Positions 25,041 through 36,994 of a stretch of 64,000 bases of DNA are shown piece after piece; the stretch's first letter is position 1, and each line of letters begins with the position of its first letter. This DNA is from Craspedostauros australis (Eukaryota): assembly GCA_030167865.1 (NCBI GenBank), contig JALAGF010001133.1, positions 1 through 64,000 of the forward strand, read 5' to 3'. The translations under genes were made by a program, and so were the position numbers. The notes beneath the pieces were generated by a model that was not told where the DNA came from, did no database searches, and saw nothing but the letters and a program-made list of their open reading frames with translations.

Positions 25041-25582
25041 TTGGCTGAGGCTGTTGTGTAGTGGAGGATGCGGTACGAGTGATGCTGCTGCCGTAATCAA
25101 CATTGAACAAGATGGATAGCGCTGACACGAAGGCAACGAGGCTCTCATTCTGTTGTAGTGTCTGAAGTTACTCGATTCGATGATTGATTGAAGCTGCTGC
25201 AGTTGTCGCCGCTGATCCGTCCCACCATCTTGCGCTGTTTGCGTTTGATGTCCCTCGAGCAACGGTTCCTCGTATTGCGGCTATTTTGCAAGGGCGCCAA
25301 ACATTGCGATACCTGCTGGTAACAATAGTGAGGACGTACACGGTATTTGTTGAGCGCCTCCGAGCGTGTGAGCCTGCCCGCACCTCTATTGTTTTGTATC
25401 GCTGCTGACAAGTCAACCGCGGAAAAAGTCGGTGTTGCAGAGTGGCGTGCGCAGTCAAGCAGCGCATTCGGCCACGGGGCCTCGCGAAAGCAAACGATTG
25501 AACTCCGACTGGAATTGAATTTAAAAACGTATCATTTCATTTCTAAAGAGTAAGAGAACTGAATACCATTGTCGCATTCGAT

Positions 25583-27286
25583 TTACTCCGTGGAAACCTC
25601 GGCGAGCTCAGCGCGCATGGCATCAATTGTCTTCTTGTATCCCTCCACCGTTCTTGGCTCCTTGAGGATGGCACTTCCGGCGACCATCATATCCACACCG
25701 GCCTCGGCGACCTCCTTGATGTTGTCGACCTTGACTCCTCCGTCGATCTCCAATCGGCAGTCGAGACCGTTGTCATCGATGAACTTGCGGGCCTCGCGGG
25801 CCTTGTCGAGGACGGCTGGGATGAATGCCTGTCCTCCGAATCCTGGGTTGACGGACATGAGGAGGATGATGTCGAGCTTGTCCTTGACGAAGTGGCAGAC
25901 ATCGATGCTGGTGGCTGGGTTGAAGACGAGTCCGGCCTTGCATCCTCCGTTCTTGATCAGCTGCAGGGATCGGTCGACGTGCTGCGTGGCCTCTGGGTGG
26001 AATGTGATGTACGAGGCTCCAGCATCGATGAAGTCGCCGATGACGGCATCGACTGGGGAGACCATCAAGTGCACATCGATTGGTGCGGTGACACCGTGGC
26101 CACGCAGGGCCTTGCAGACCATTGGTCCGATGGTGAGGTTTGGGACCTGTTGATTGATTGATGATGATGACGATGACGGGCGAAAATGACGATGATGCGG
26201 AAAATGGGATCCGAGTAGAATGCGGAAAAATCACGTTGTCAGAAATGCCAACCGTCATCATGCGTGGAGATACGAGCATCCAGCATCGCGATTGGATAAT
26301 CGTTTGTGTGCGTCGTTGGTGATGGAAAATGGAGTAGGAATGATTGTCAGTTGAATAATTCATTGATGGATTGCGTTGTGCGTTGTGTTCCATCGCAAGG
26401 ACACATGCCGAGACGGTGTCGATTTGTCGTAATGGGAGCACGTGTGGTTGTCTGCAACGATCGGTCGGATTCGAGCGGCATCCTGATGATGATTGACAGA
26501 AAGCTCTTCGACCACCATGATGCAATTGCATGGCAGAAACGAGATGCTTCGAATAGAATAATTTCCACAATGCACAAGCCGATGCATCCTTTTCTCAATC
26601 TCAACATGACTTCTGTCCGGAATCATTGCGGCAGTTCCATCATTCTCCGTCATTTTGGCTTGGCATGACTTACGTAGTGGTTGTCCATGACGTCGAAGTG
26701 AACGACATCGGCACCGGCCTCGAGGACGTTGTCGACCTCCTCACCGAGCTTGGCGAAGTCGGCGGACAGGATGGATGGGGCGATGAGGTAGTCCTTGTCT
26801 CCCCACACATTGAGGGAAGTGGAGGCGCGGCTGGCTGGCTGCAAGATGAAAGCATTACAGTAGAGATGGGCGATGTCATTGTCGTTGATGAGGATGATGT
26901 GGAACCCATCAGCACGTAATTATCGAATGATTCGTCGCCATCGGCGGTCATTCATATTCCCACGGATGCCGATGGTGTGGTTTACGACGTTAACGACCAT
27001 CCGAAATACAAGTGGATGGGATGGGATGAAGGGAAGCGGGGCAGAATAGAGATTGTCAGAAAAGATGAGCAATGAAGCGGCAGGGGCAAGAGCAATCGCA
27101 TTGTCCAAATCGCGATCCATGATCATCTCAGTAATACAAATGACGGCTGTCAACGTCGTGCCATGACATTCCGTGACACAAGCAGAGACAATGACTGTGA
27201 CGCAAAGGAACGGGCGCACTTACAGCAGGCGCGAAGGCGCTGGCGCCGGCGACGAGAGCAGAAAGGGAGAGGAGGGAGAACTTCAT
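25583..27286 (-). CDS. RPE: Ribulose-phosphate 3-epimerase, plastid-targeted, ~263 aa, 3 exons
   Basis: Exons 27286-27224 ([21 protein letters not shown], canonical ASAFAP), 26838-26674 ([10 protein letters not shown]...HFDVMDNHY) and 26146-25583 (VPNLTIG...DVHLMV...[10 protein letters not shown]...EIDGG...VAGSAI). Both introns are phase 0. Confidence 0.97.
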
Positions 27287-27977
27287 GGTGATGGCGTGGA
27301 CGGTGGGTGCTGAATCGGATGTTAGATCGCAAGGAGCTTGTTGTGAGGGTCGCATGCCAACCAAGATCGGCACATGCACCACACCAACACAAACGACAAC
27401 AACAACGACCACAGACACCGCAAACGAAAACGTAGAGATTCACACAACAAAGGAAAGAGAAAACGTGTTCTGTGGTTCATTGCTGTGCCATCACGCCTCC
27501 GTATTTGCATTGCCAACGCCGTCATTTCAGTCGTCCGCGTTCGTTGTCTTCTTTGGTTGGTTGGTCATTGACTGAGGCAAAACGTTGGTGGCTCGTGTTG
27601 CATTTCTTTCGCGTTTGTGACAGGTGTTTTCTTGTCTGACGTGTGGTTTTGTGGCACGATCTTTGTTGTAACGTGCGTTTAACGCCTCAAGTACGTTTGC
27701 GAATCTGCATCACGAATCTACGATCCGTTCGATCAAATCAACACATCGGAACTAATACTGTGCAGATTCTATTCTTTCGATGTTACCGATTCTCCTTCAA
27801 TCAACGAACGACTGTCGGAAGAAAGGTACGCCACACCATACTCTAACATTGATGACAATGCCTTCATGTCTGATCTAATCATTGTTACATATGGCTGCTG
27901 CTTGTGCTGCGCTGCACGATGAGCTGCCATCACGGATGCATGCAGGCATGCACGCATATTGGTACCTTCCAGTAGCT

Positions 27978-30900
27978 CTAGTCAAAGCGCGAGCTTCTGC
28001 TGGCGGGCAACGTCTTGTATTCGCTCACATCCGCAGTGCTGAATTGGATGTTGGCATGGGTCTTCAATTTGCGCTGCAGGTATCGTTGCCGTTCCTGAAG
28101 TCACAACGAAGATTGAAGATCAGTTGGTGTTGGGCAGATTGATTGATTGGCACACATGAAACAAAGAAACGAACAATGAGATTGACGATATCGGTGTGCA
28201 GAGTATGGTATTGGGATGCATGTTTGTGAGATTGGAGAGAGTGTTTGGTTTTCGCTGAATGGACGGGCGGGCACAACATACGATGGTATCATCCATAGAA
28301 TATAACACAACACATCACAGCACAGCACAGCAACATCCACTGCACAAACATCCAAAACCACTCACCATACTGGCCCAGAACGGAATCTTGTCGAACTCGT
28401 AATACGGCACGCGCACGACGTGCCACCCTTGCAGCTTCAGCAATCGGTACTTCAGCACGGTGTGACCAAGCGCTCGCGGTGCGTCCGGCTTGCGGTGGTT
28501 GGTCTCTTGTCCCGCGCGCGTGAAATGATTCGGTCCATCGAACTCGACGGCCACGCGCACCTTCTCGCTGGCGATGCTGTCAAAGTCGGTCTGGTGGATC
28601 CAACCGGCGTTGGGCTTCAGCACGATGGCGACGTCGATGTCCTCGTCGTGCTCGTTGTAATGCCGGACGCCCATGAGCTGCAGCGTCTGGCTCAACGACC
28701 GGTGACGCGCGCTGCTGATCTTCGTCCTCGATTTCTCCATGTTCCATTGCTCTTGCAGGTACTCCACGAACCAGGTGGGCGTGCCGGCGACGCATTGCGG
28801 ATTCTCATGGCGCAGCAGGAAGTAGCCCTGCCACAGCTGGTGGGCGTGCTCCAGTTGGATGGAATTCTCCTTTTCGCACGTGCCCGCGGCCTCGTGGAAG
28901 ATGGTGCGCAGGATGTGGGAGGCATCGTCCGATTTGTGATTCTCCAGCACCGTGAAGGCCCAGACGATGTTGGCCTGTTCCTGCGCGCCGATGCCGATGC
29001 CGGCGAGGCTCTTGCCCGATTCCCGCATGGTGGTGACGAGGTGGTGGTTGGCCTCCTCCAGGAAGGTCGCGAAATGCTTGCCCTCCTGCGTTAGATGCAA
29101 CCGTGCCTGAGCCCACAGCAGGATACTGAGCTCCCACGTCGCGAAGGTCTGCCGCGTGGCTGCATCGACGTACTGCCGCGTCCCGACCATGCGATTCTTG
29201 CGCAACCGATACGCGCTCTCCTCGTAGACTGCATGCAACAGCGGGATGTCATCGATGCGCGCATGCGCCAACGACAGAGCCACCTGCACGAGATCCGGCG
29301 TGCTCCACTGCCGCAGGGGACGGCCGCCATCCGATAATCGCAGATGCGACGACAATGCTTCGACCATGAAGACGAGATCGTCACCAAGACGGAAGTTATC
29401 GGCCTGCAGGGTCCCCAACGCCCACAGCAATTGCGCGATATCGCGGCTCTTCATGGATTGCACAGCCTCGCCGCCCACCAACAGACGATGGCTCGTTTCA
29501 CGTGTGATGTGCAGCAGGAGTCGTTCCGATTCCGCCGTCTTGCAGATTCCGTGCGATGCGAAGGACCATGCCGTGTTAGCCAGCTGGCTCCACGTGCAGG
29601 ATTCCAAATTGGTGGGGTCCTTTTGCAGTGTGCCGTTGTTGCTGCTGCTGTTGCTGCTGCTGTTGCTACTGCTGCTGCTATTGGCATTCGTTGCCTCGTC
29701 GTCGCCCTGATGCGCGCACAGCAAATTTCCAATAGCATCGTACAGATCATCCGTGATGATATCATCAGTTTCGGATGGCACGGAATGAACATGCTTGTGC
29801 TGTTTCAATTGTTCGCTCTTCTTCGTGGTGTCGCCAAAGCCGTCGTCATCAATGTCGCCATCGAAACCGGATCCCCAGGATTCGAACGTGATGGTGGTGG
29901 ATCCTGTGGCTTTCTGCTTTTCTTCCTCCTCATCTTTTGTGTAGGATTCTGTGTTGCCTAGCTGAGGCTGCATCTGCCAACCCACGGGACGTCGGCGAGG
30001 ACGCAATACACCGTACGCCCAGCATGCCATGCACACTTCCCCAATTTTGGCAGGATCGGAGCGCTTGGTTTTGGTTGCATCGCGGATGTCCGTGTTGATA
30101 TTACCCATCACCTGTTGCTGCTGCTGCTGTTGTTGCTGCCCATTGGCCATGAAGACATCGGGATCCTGCTCATCCAAGATGGCAGTCAATGCGCGTGCGA
30201 TATCGTCGATCAATCCATCCAGCATCTGCTGCGACTGCTCACGATTGGGTTGATCGTCGTCATCATGATGGTCCGCAAAGTCGGGCGACCAATCATCAAA
30301 GCCATTTTTGCGGTTGACATTCCGCAACGACGCATTGTCTTCCGCGATGGTCCACACTTCCGTCGTCGCCACGACCTTGCCGTTGGAGGACGTCGTTGTG
30401 GTGACCTGCTCCGACATGGCGATCTCGGGCAGCAGCGACCGATCCCGATCGACGAACTTGGCGATGGCCCAGATGGAATTGCAGAGCTGACGCGTCGACA
30501 GCATGTCCTTATCGAGCATATTGCGCAGCACGCGCAGCGTCTTGACGAAGAGCGCATGAAACTGGCCATCGAGTTCGACGTCGCGCGACCAACCCAGTGC
30601 CTTGGCACCGTACGTGAGGGCGCAGACGACGTTGGCGGCGTTGCATCGCGTGGGATGCGTGCGGTGCAATACCTGCAGGACGGCCGTGGCACGGCGCACG
30701 GGCGTGTCATCGTTGCTGCTGCTGTGTGGTCCGAAGGCGGACTTGATGCGGTTCTGCGTTTGGAAGGACGTGCGGATATCCGCCTGCCATGGCTCGCGGT
30801 CGTCGAGTGGTTGCGACGGGGATGGGCGCGTCTTTTTGTTGGCCTTGTTCCATCGGGAGTTTCTTGATTTGTTGTTGGATTGTCTCGTTCGTCTCTTGTT

Positions 30901-31455
30901 GTTGTTATTGTTGTTGGTAGTATTGGCATTGTTGTTGGTACTACCGTTGCCGTTTCTGCTGTTGTTGTTACTGTTGTTACTGTTGTTGCCATTGTTGTTG
31001 GCATTGTTGTTGGCATTGTTGCTGGTTCTGCCACCCCTTCGCCTCCTCGGAGGCAAGTGCTTGTGCCTGCTGTCATCTTGGATCTTGATTGCGTAGCCGG
31101 AGCCGCCAAGGATGTCGGACAGCCTCGGAATGTTCCGCGGAATGCTGTCGCAATCCGTTGCTCCCTTGTTGTCTTTGACGGAGCTGTTGCTTGTTGCATC
31201 GTTTCGGTCATCGCGTGGTTGCGCAGTATTCTTGTTGGTGCGCTGCGTCTCCATGACCGGCAGCAGTGGCAGTCGAGGTGGCGGAGTCTGAACGCGGCTG
31301 CTGAAGAGCGATGTGGATGGTGTTTTCTGTGGCACAGCATGCTGTCTCCGGCCGCTGCTGTGTCCATTCTGAAGGCCATGCACCTGCAGGAGCAGGCAAG
31401 CGACAGCCACGACGGTGACCAGGCCTCGTCGGGCGTTCCTTGAGCTATTCTTCAT
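27978..31455 (-). CDS. RAP-domain protein with OPR-like helical repeats, probable organellar (plastid) RNA-binding protein, ~1068 aa, 2 exons
   Basis: Exons 31455-28366 and 28094-27978 (GTGAGT...CAG, phase 0). Repeats such as RQLCNSIWAIAKF, SQLANTAWSFASH, RDIAQLLWALGTL and QEQANIVWAFTVL. RAP motif VAVEFDGPNHF...LKYRLLKLQGWHVVRVPYYE. N-terminal signal-like segment. Confidence 0.9.
30895..31022. repeat. Coding trinucleotide (AAC/AAT) tract encoding poly-Asn in the RAP protein
   Basis: TTG/TTA-rich run on the + strand, translating to NNANNNANNNGNNSNNSNNN... Confidence 0.85.
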
Positions 31456-31833
31456 CGTTGTTGTTGAAGGGCTCAATTGAATGAGTTCGATTGAATGATC
31501 CGATGAGTGCGGTCGGTGGTTGGCAGTTCTTGCTGTGTGGCTTGTTGCTGTGGTCTGCAACTACTTGTTCTTAATTGTTGGAATCAATGAGCGAGGATGG
31601 TGGTTGTCTTGTTGAAGTGGGAGGAATGACGTTTGGACATGTCATCCACAGGCACAAGCAGCGTGCAGTACGCGTAGTGCCGATTGAAGGTCCAACAATG
31701 CAGTTGTTGTGGTCCACTTTGCGACGCTTCTGCCGATACGAGGAGAGTGGCAATCGTGGTGGTAACAATCGCGGTGATGTGAGTTGGCGACTGCGAGTAC
31801 ATTTGGAACATGGAATGACGGTGGTGATGGCCA

Positions 31834-31890
31834 AAACAACAACAACAACAACGACGACAACAACAACCACAACAACAACAACGATGATGA
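31834..31890. repeat. Imperfect (ACA)n microsatellite in a divergent intergenic region
   Basis: aacaacaacaacaacaacgacgacaacaacaaccacaacaacaacaacg. Confidence 0.9.
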
Positions 31891-32757
31891 TGTCCACTAT
31901 TTCTTTGCCTCCTTCCGATCGTCACTCACCCTCGTTCGTCACACCCACACTTTTTCTTTCTGCGCGATGTGCGCATCTCTTCGTGATTGAAACTCCATTG
32001 GCTGCTGAAATGTCGCATGCGACACGCGACCCCGATCTTATCATTTCAACTTGGGTGTCATCTGCGGATGCTTTCGTTTGGGTCCACGATGCGGCTGACA
32101 TCACAAAACGCAAGAAAATGTCAACTTCTCAAACGAGAAGCCTGATGTGCGCAGCTGCTGCATCGCGCGACAAGGGACAGCCATCTACCTCCAAAGTAGA
32201 CAACAGACACAAATAGAGTATCCGTGTCGAGCGCGAACATCAGAGATCCAGAGACCGATTCAGAACAGAACAAGACAAGAGAAGCGGCCACACGAGCTCC
32301 GACTGCCGAGGTTGTGTTGTACCCTTCCGACCACTCATCTGCTCTCGGCGTCTGCCAATCGTGGTGCCCAGCCGATGCTCCGATTGATGCCATCACTGAT
32401 GCCATCATTGATTCCTCATCCAGTACGGTGACATCCGCCAGAGACCACATCAACGGCTCAATCGATTCATCAGTCCATCAATCCATCAATCAATCCATCG
32501 GAGCCACTGCAGTGGCCCCATGTCCGTCTCGTCTCCAAAGGCTTTCATCTTCGCAAAGGATTGAGACCGCTCTGCTCAGCGAGCACAACAGAGAGTGCAC
32601 TGTAGCACAATTGAATAGAGCACGAGCTGCTCTCCCCATCACCACGCATACCCTACGAGAGCATACAACTGCAATAGCACCAGCGATGACCTCAATTCAG
32701 AATACTCGTACGGATAAGCTTTCGGCCAGCAGAAGGATAACAGCGCATCGCTGGACC

Positions 32758-33720
32758 ATGGCTCCCATCGCGGTTCTCGTTTGCTGTGTCGCCGCGTTGC
32801 AGAAACAGCACACCGTATCGGCGTTCGTGATGCCTGCATGTTCTCAGCGTGCGCCAACACGAGAATTGGCGCAGCCGCATCCATCGCATCATGAGACAAC
32901 GCGTGCTGTGCCAAGGGTACCGCAGCACATGACCACGGCGTTGCGAGACATCGCGGATCCAAACAAGACACCATCCCCGCTCAATGCTGTGGAACGGTAC
33001 TGCGTGTCCACGATGGAACGCTGGTACGCGCAGTCCCAGGCCATCAAGTGTCCCTTCTTTCGGCGTCGCACATCCGACATCCTGGATGGCATGGATGCCA
33101 TCATGCGATTCATCGTCATTCGTCACAAATCCCTGGACTTCATCGGTCCGCCCATGGGCTGCCGCACCGTTGCGCAAACCAGCACCAATGGTCAGACCGG
33201 CACGCCTGCGGCCGCGGTGGCTCCCGTCAAACTCACAGGACTTTCCATCCATCAAGTTGCGGACGCCTTGCGACACGATTGGACCGGCCGCTTCGCAACA
33301 GCAACGAACAAGGGATACTACATCACGGGCAAGCTCAATGTCACCATCTACTGCGACGATTGCATCTTCGATGGACCCGACCCCGATATGCCCGTGTGCG
33401 GCGTGCGCAAGTACACCAACGCCGCGTCGCAGCTCTTCGATGTCCGCCACAGCCAGGCCGAGCTGCTGTCCTTGGATGTGCACGACGAGGGCATCGTGAG
33501 GGCCGAGTGGAGACTGCAGGGCGTGCTGCGTCTGCCATGGCGACCGCACTTGCCGACCTACACGGGAAGCACGCTGTATCACGTCAACGAAGATGGTCTC
33601 ATCTATCGTCATGAGGAGCAGTGGAACATGACGGTCCTGCGGGCCTTTGTCGAGACGCTCTTACCGGGCATCGCCACCAGGGTTTGGAAGAGGGATTTGC
33701 GGGACGCGGTGCGATCGTGA
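32758..33720 (+). CDS. DUF2358 / NTF2(SnoaL)-like protein, likely plastid-targeted (alternative start 32686)
   Basis: Signal peptide ending VSA|FVMP. KGYYITGKL...IYCDDCIFDGPDP...GVRKY...WRLQGVLRLPWRP...G.TLY..NEDGLIYRHEEQW is typical of DUF2358. Confidence 0.85.
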   Translation: MAPIAVLVCCVAALQKQHTVSAFVMPACSQRAPTRELAQPHPSHHETTRAVPRVPQHMTTALRDIADPNKTPSPLNAVERYCVSTMERWYAQSQAIKCPFFRRRTSDILDGMDAIMRFIVIRHKSLDFIGPPMGCRTVAQTSTNGQTGTPAAAVAPVKLTGLSIHQVADALRHDWTGRFATATNKGYYITGKLNVTIYCDDCIFDGPDPDMPVCGVRKYTNAASQLFDVRHSQAELLSLDVHDEGIVRAEWRLQGVLRLPWRPHLPTYTGSTLYHVNEDGLIYRHEEQWNMTVLRAFVETLLPGIATRVWKRDLRDAVRS

Positions 33721-34111
33721 TTCACGACAAGGGCATGGTACATGGGTGCATGCTCTACATGGCGTTGCTTCATCGCGACAAGCTCTGCCTTCACTGCACT
33801 TCCATTCTCCCTCTCTCTCTCTAATATACATAACGCGCATGGTGGGTACTTCGCACCCTCATACCCGTAATACATAGCAATCCAACCGTACACATCACCC
33901 AAGTATCCAGGCAGCAACACACCATAGCCTCCACGCTCTGCGGAGAGTCAAGTCGTATCAAAGGTAGAGGGTGACATGTGTGCACAACGAGATGTCTGTA
34001 GTGTGTTAGTTCTCCGTTGCAGATGATGACTGGTAAAGACGAATTCCAACTCTCTATTCTCGCCATCCTCCAAGAGCACCGAACGAGTAGTTGTGGCAAC
34101 TCTGCCTCTCT

Positions 34112-36994
34112 CTAGTCATTCATAAAGTCTTCTTCGAAGCCTGCGATGAAATCGTCATCATCGTCATCATCATCATCGTCATCGTCGTCGTCATCATCTC
34201 CACCATTGCGACCGTCGCCAACCCCCACGCTACGTGCTGCTGTGGCATTCGCACCATGAGCAGCAGGCCCAGTTGCGCTGGCACCTTGAGCAACCGCAGC
34301 CTCGTTTTGCTTCTTGATGGCCGCCAATGCGTTGGTTCGGTCGGATGCTGCGTTGAGAAGATGCTCCTGTTCGTCCCGTCGCTCGAAGCTCCAATAGCTC
34401 TCAATGAGCCACGATGCTCTCACCAGGGCGCAATCCCCCAGCTTCCTGGCGGTCACCGCCTTTTCGCTGCCGTCCTTCGAAGCCACCAGATGCGTGATGG
34501 AGGGTTGGATGGACGCAAGCACGGTGGAGCCCAAGTTCTCCGCGTAACGAATGATGGTGGGCCGTGCTCGCTTCCTCGAATCGCCGCCTGCTGCCATGTG
34601 TCGTTGCTGATGGTGGATGGGCACGAGGCCGCTCAGGACGAGCTTGCAACCGCTGAGCACCGCGCTTCGCATCTTGCTGAGGAGCTCTGGCACCGTCAGT
34701 CGCTTGACGCGGTTGGAGGGCGTGTAGTAGGCCTCGTGCAGCTTCCGCAACGTCTCCGTGGTCCACAGGAGCTGCGAATCCTTCTCGCCTTCGTTTGGAT
34801 CCGAAGAACCGCTCCCCATGGGTCCGCCCGATAGATCCGCACCGGAGGCGTTGTTGACATCCGCAAATCCGAGAAAAGGCTTCCAGTGATACGGCTTGAC
34901 CAGCAGCAGGTTGTCCGGTGGTTCGCCCTTGCGAGCATTGCCAGTGCGGGAGTTATCATCTGCGTTGGCCCAGACATCCTCGCGATCATCCACGACGGCG
35001 GCCATCGAGCCACCACAGGGGAAGATACGCCGCAGACTTTTGACGTCGCGTCCCAAGTCGCCAACATCCGTCCTGGACACGATGCGGCTCCCAAACAGGC
35101 GACGTTTCAGTGCATGGGCCTTCTGTTCCAGCTCCTCCGCTCCCTTCAACTCGTCGTGCAACTTCGAGAGCTTTTCTTTTGTCATGTGATCGCTCTTGAG
35201 GCCTGAACGTCCCTGCTGACGAATCCCGCCATCGGTGCTTTGATCGCCGCCGCTTGCAGATGCGGATGCAGTCCCTGTGGCAGCAGCATCGGAACTGCTT
35301 GAAATTGGCATCCCGAACGACACTTTCTTCTTTCGCTTCTTCTGCGTTGGTTCGTCAGTGGACGCATCGGCGGTCGCGGCATCTCCATCATCGGTGTTGG
35401 TGTCGTCATGCTTGCGTTTCTTCGCATCGGTACTTGCAGCGTCAGATTTGCCTGCTGCTGCGTCATCGGTGTTGGAATTCCCCAGCTGATCCGACAGCTT
35501 CTTCCATTCCATCTCGGCTTGGTAGACTTGGTGTCGCAATCGGTCCAGTTCCACCTGATCCTTGCGACTGCCGACCATATCGCGGCACAGAATCATGGCG
35601 ATCTCTTCCGCGTACTGCCGCGTCCCGGCGGTGTATATGGAGACCTCGTACAACGGATCGACAGCTTCGAGGAATTCTTTGACGTGGGGTCGGAGCTTGA
35701 CGTAATGGCGCATCCACCGCTGCGGTTCGTTGGAGGCGCTGGCCTTGAGATGAGCTGGCATCCCTTCATTGCTTGGAAGTAGGAGGCTGCGGCAATCCTC
35801 CACGCGCTCCGTGAGTTCGTATGCTCTGCCATCGGCCGTGGCATGGACAAGCGTGTGATCCAGATCCAGCACAAGGTTGAGCTTCCGGACCTTCCACAGC
35901 CGCTGCCATGATTCCTGAGCAATGCGCTTGGCCTCGCTCTTGGACACCGTCATGGTGATACCTCCGGACACGGTGACTTGCGTTGATTCATTGTTGTCGT
36001 CACCGTTGTTGGCGTCACCGGACGCGCGATGCGCGGCATGTCCATCCGCGGATGACGGTGATGCCAGATCGCTTGCTGCGCCGTTGTACGCCGATGACGT
36101 TGTGGAGGCTGATTGATGCAGAACCGACAGAAGCGAGCCGCTCTCATCTGCATTGGAGTTTTTCGTCGCGCCGCAGACCGTGCAAAGGCCGAACATATAT
36201 CCCGGATGCTTGCATGGTTCGATGTAACCGACAATGGTGCTGTCACCGCTCGGTGCAGATCCATTCTCGGACGTGCTCATCTTGAAGATGCCACGAGCCT
36301 TCGATACGATCGCGATGAGGTTGGAGCTCTTGCTAGAGTTGGACCGGTCGCTATTCGCGCCAGTCGTGATCTTTGCGGCTTCCGATGAAGCTCCAGAGGA
36401 TGATGATGGCGTTGGCGATGATGTTGATTCAGCTGGTTGAGCACCAGCTTCCTTCCCATCTGAACCCTTTCCTTCAGCTACATCTGTTTTTGTCGCTTTC
36501 GCGGTGTCGGTATCTGCCCCACGACCATCCGAGCTCGGCGCAGCATCAGGATCGACTGCAGGCTTAGCGCTGGACGTCTGCGCCGTGAACTTCGCAGTAA
36601 GCGATTTGACTGTGGCCTTCGATGACGGCCTCGACGACACCTTCGACGACGGCTTCGATGATGGTTTCGTCCCTGGCTTGGTTGCAGCAGCAGTAGCAGC
36701 AGCTGCTGCCTTTCGGTTCTTGAGCATGCCAGGTCGAATCGAGCGCTTCTTTGGCCGCTTGTAGGCCTTCGCGGTGCTCGTCGCGCCACCTTCTACCTGC
36801 CCACCATCTGCAGGCGCCAGCTGCGATTTTGATGCATCGACACTTCCAACCGCAGCAGCAGCAGCAGCAGCATCAGCAGGCTTGAGCCTCGCCACCGCGA
36901 TGGTTTCTCCCTCCTGAACCACCGAACCGTCCTTCACATGCCATTGATGGATGCAATGGTCAGCATCGGGCAGCTCCACCGGTACAGTTCGCAT
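34112..36994 (-). CDS. FCP1: RNA polymerase II CTD phosphatase Fcp1/CTDP1, 960 aa
   Basis: N-terminal lipoyl-like motif (WHVKDGSVVQEGE), CKHPGYMFGLCTVCG, HAD motif LVLDLDHTLVHA, VKLRPHVKEFL, YTAGTRQYA, VDDREDVW, BRCT (THLVASKDGSEK...SWLIES) and an acidic tail. Confidence 0.93.
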   Translation of the reverse strand: MRTVPVELPDADHCIHQWHVKDGSVVQEGETIAVARLKPADAAAAAAAVGSVDASKSQLAPADGGQVEGGATSTAKAYKRPKKRSIRPGMLKNRKAAAAATAAATKPGTKPSSKPSSKVSSRPSSKATVKSLTAKFTAQTSSAKPAVDPDAAPSSDGRGADTDTAKATKTDVAEGKGSDGKEAGAQPAESTSSPTPSSSSGASSEAAKITTGANSDRSNSSKSSNLIAIVSKARGIFKMSTSENGSAPSGDSTIVGYIEPCKHPGYMFGLCTVCGATKNSNADESGSLLSVLHQSASTTSSAYNGAASDLASPSSADGHAAHRASGDANNGDDNNESTQVTVSGGITMTVSKSEAKRIAQESWQRLWKVRKLNLVLDLDHTLVHATADGRAYELTERVEDCRSLLLPSNEGMPAHLKASASNEPQRWMRHYVKLRPHVKEFLEAVDPLYEVSIYTAGTRQYAEEIAMILCRDMVGSRKDQVELDRLRHQVYQAEMEWKKLSDQLGNSNTDDAAAGKSDAASTDAKKRKHDDTNTDDGDAATADASTDEPTQKKRKKKVSFGMPISSSSDAAATGTASASASGGDQSTDGGIRQQGRSGLKSDHMTKEKLSKLHDELKGAEELEQKAHALKRRLFGSRIVSRTDVGDLGRDVKSLRRIFPCGGSMAAVVDDREDVWANADDNSRTGNARKGEPPDNLLLVKPYHWKPFLGFADVNNASGADLSGGPMGSGSSDPNEGEKDSQLLWTTETLRKLHEAYYTPSNRVKRLTVPELLSKMRSAVLSGCKLVLSGLVPIHHQQRHMAAGGDSRKRARPTIIRYAENLGSTVLASIQPSITHLVASKDGSEKAVTARKLGDCALVRASWLIESYWSFERRDEQEHLLNAASDRTNALAAIKKQNEAAVAQGASATGPAAHGANATAARSVGVGDGRNGGDDDDDDDDDDDDDDDDFIAGFEEDFMND

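Noticed and set aside
29344-31443. Long + strand ORFs opposite the RAP gene (similar shadows oppose most genes)
   Set aside because: These are antisense shadows produced by GC3-rich codon use and trinucleotide repeats.
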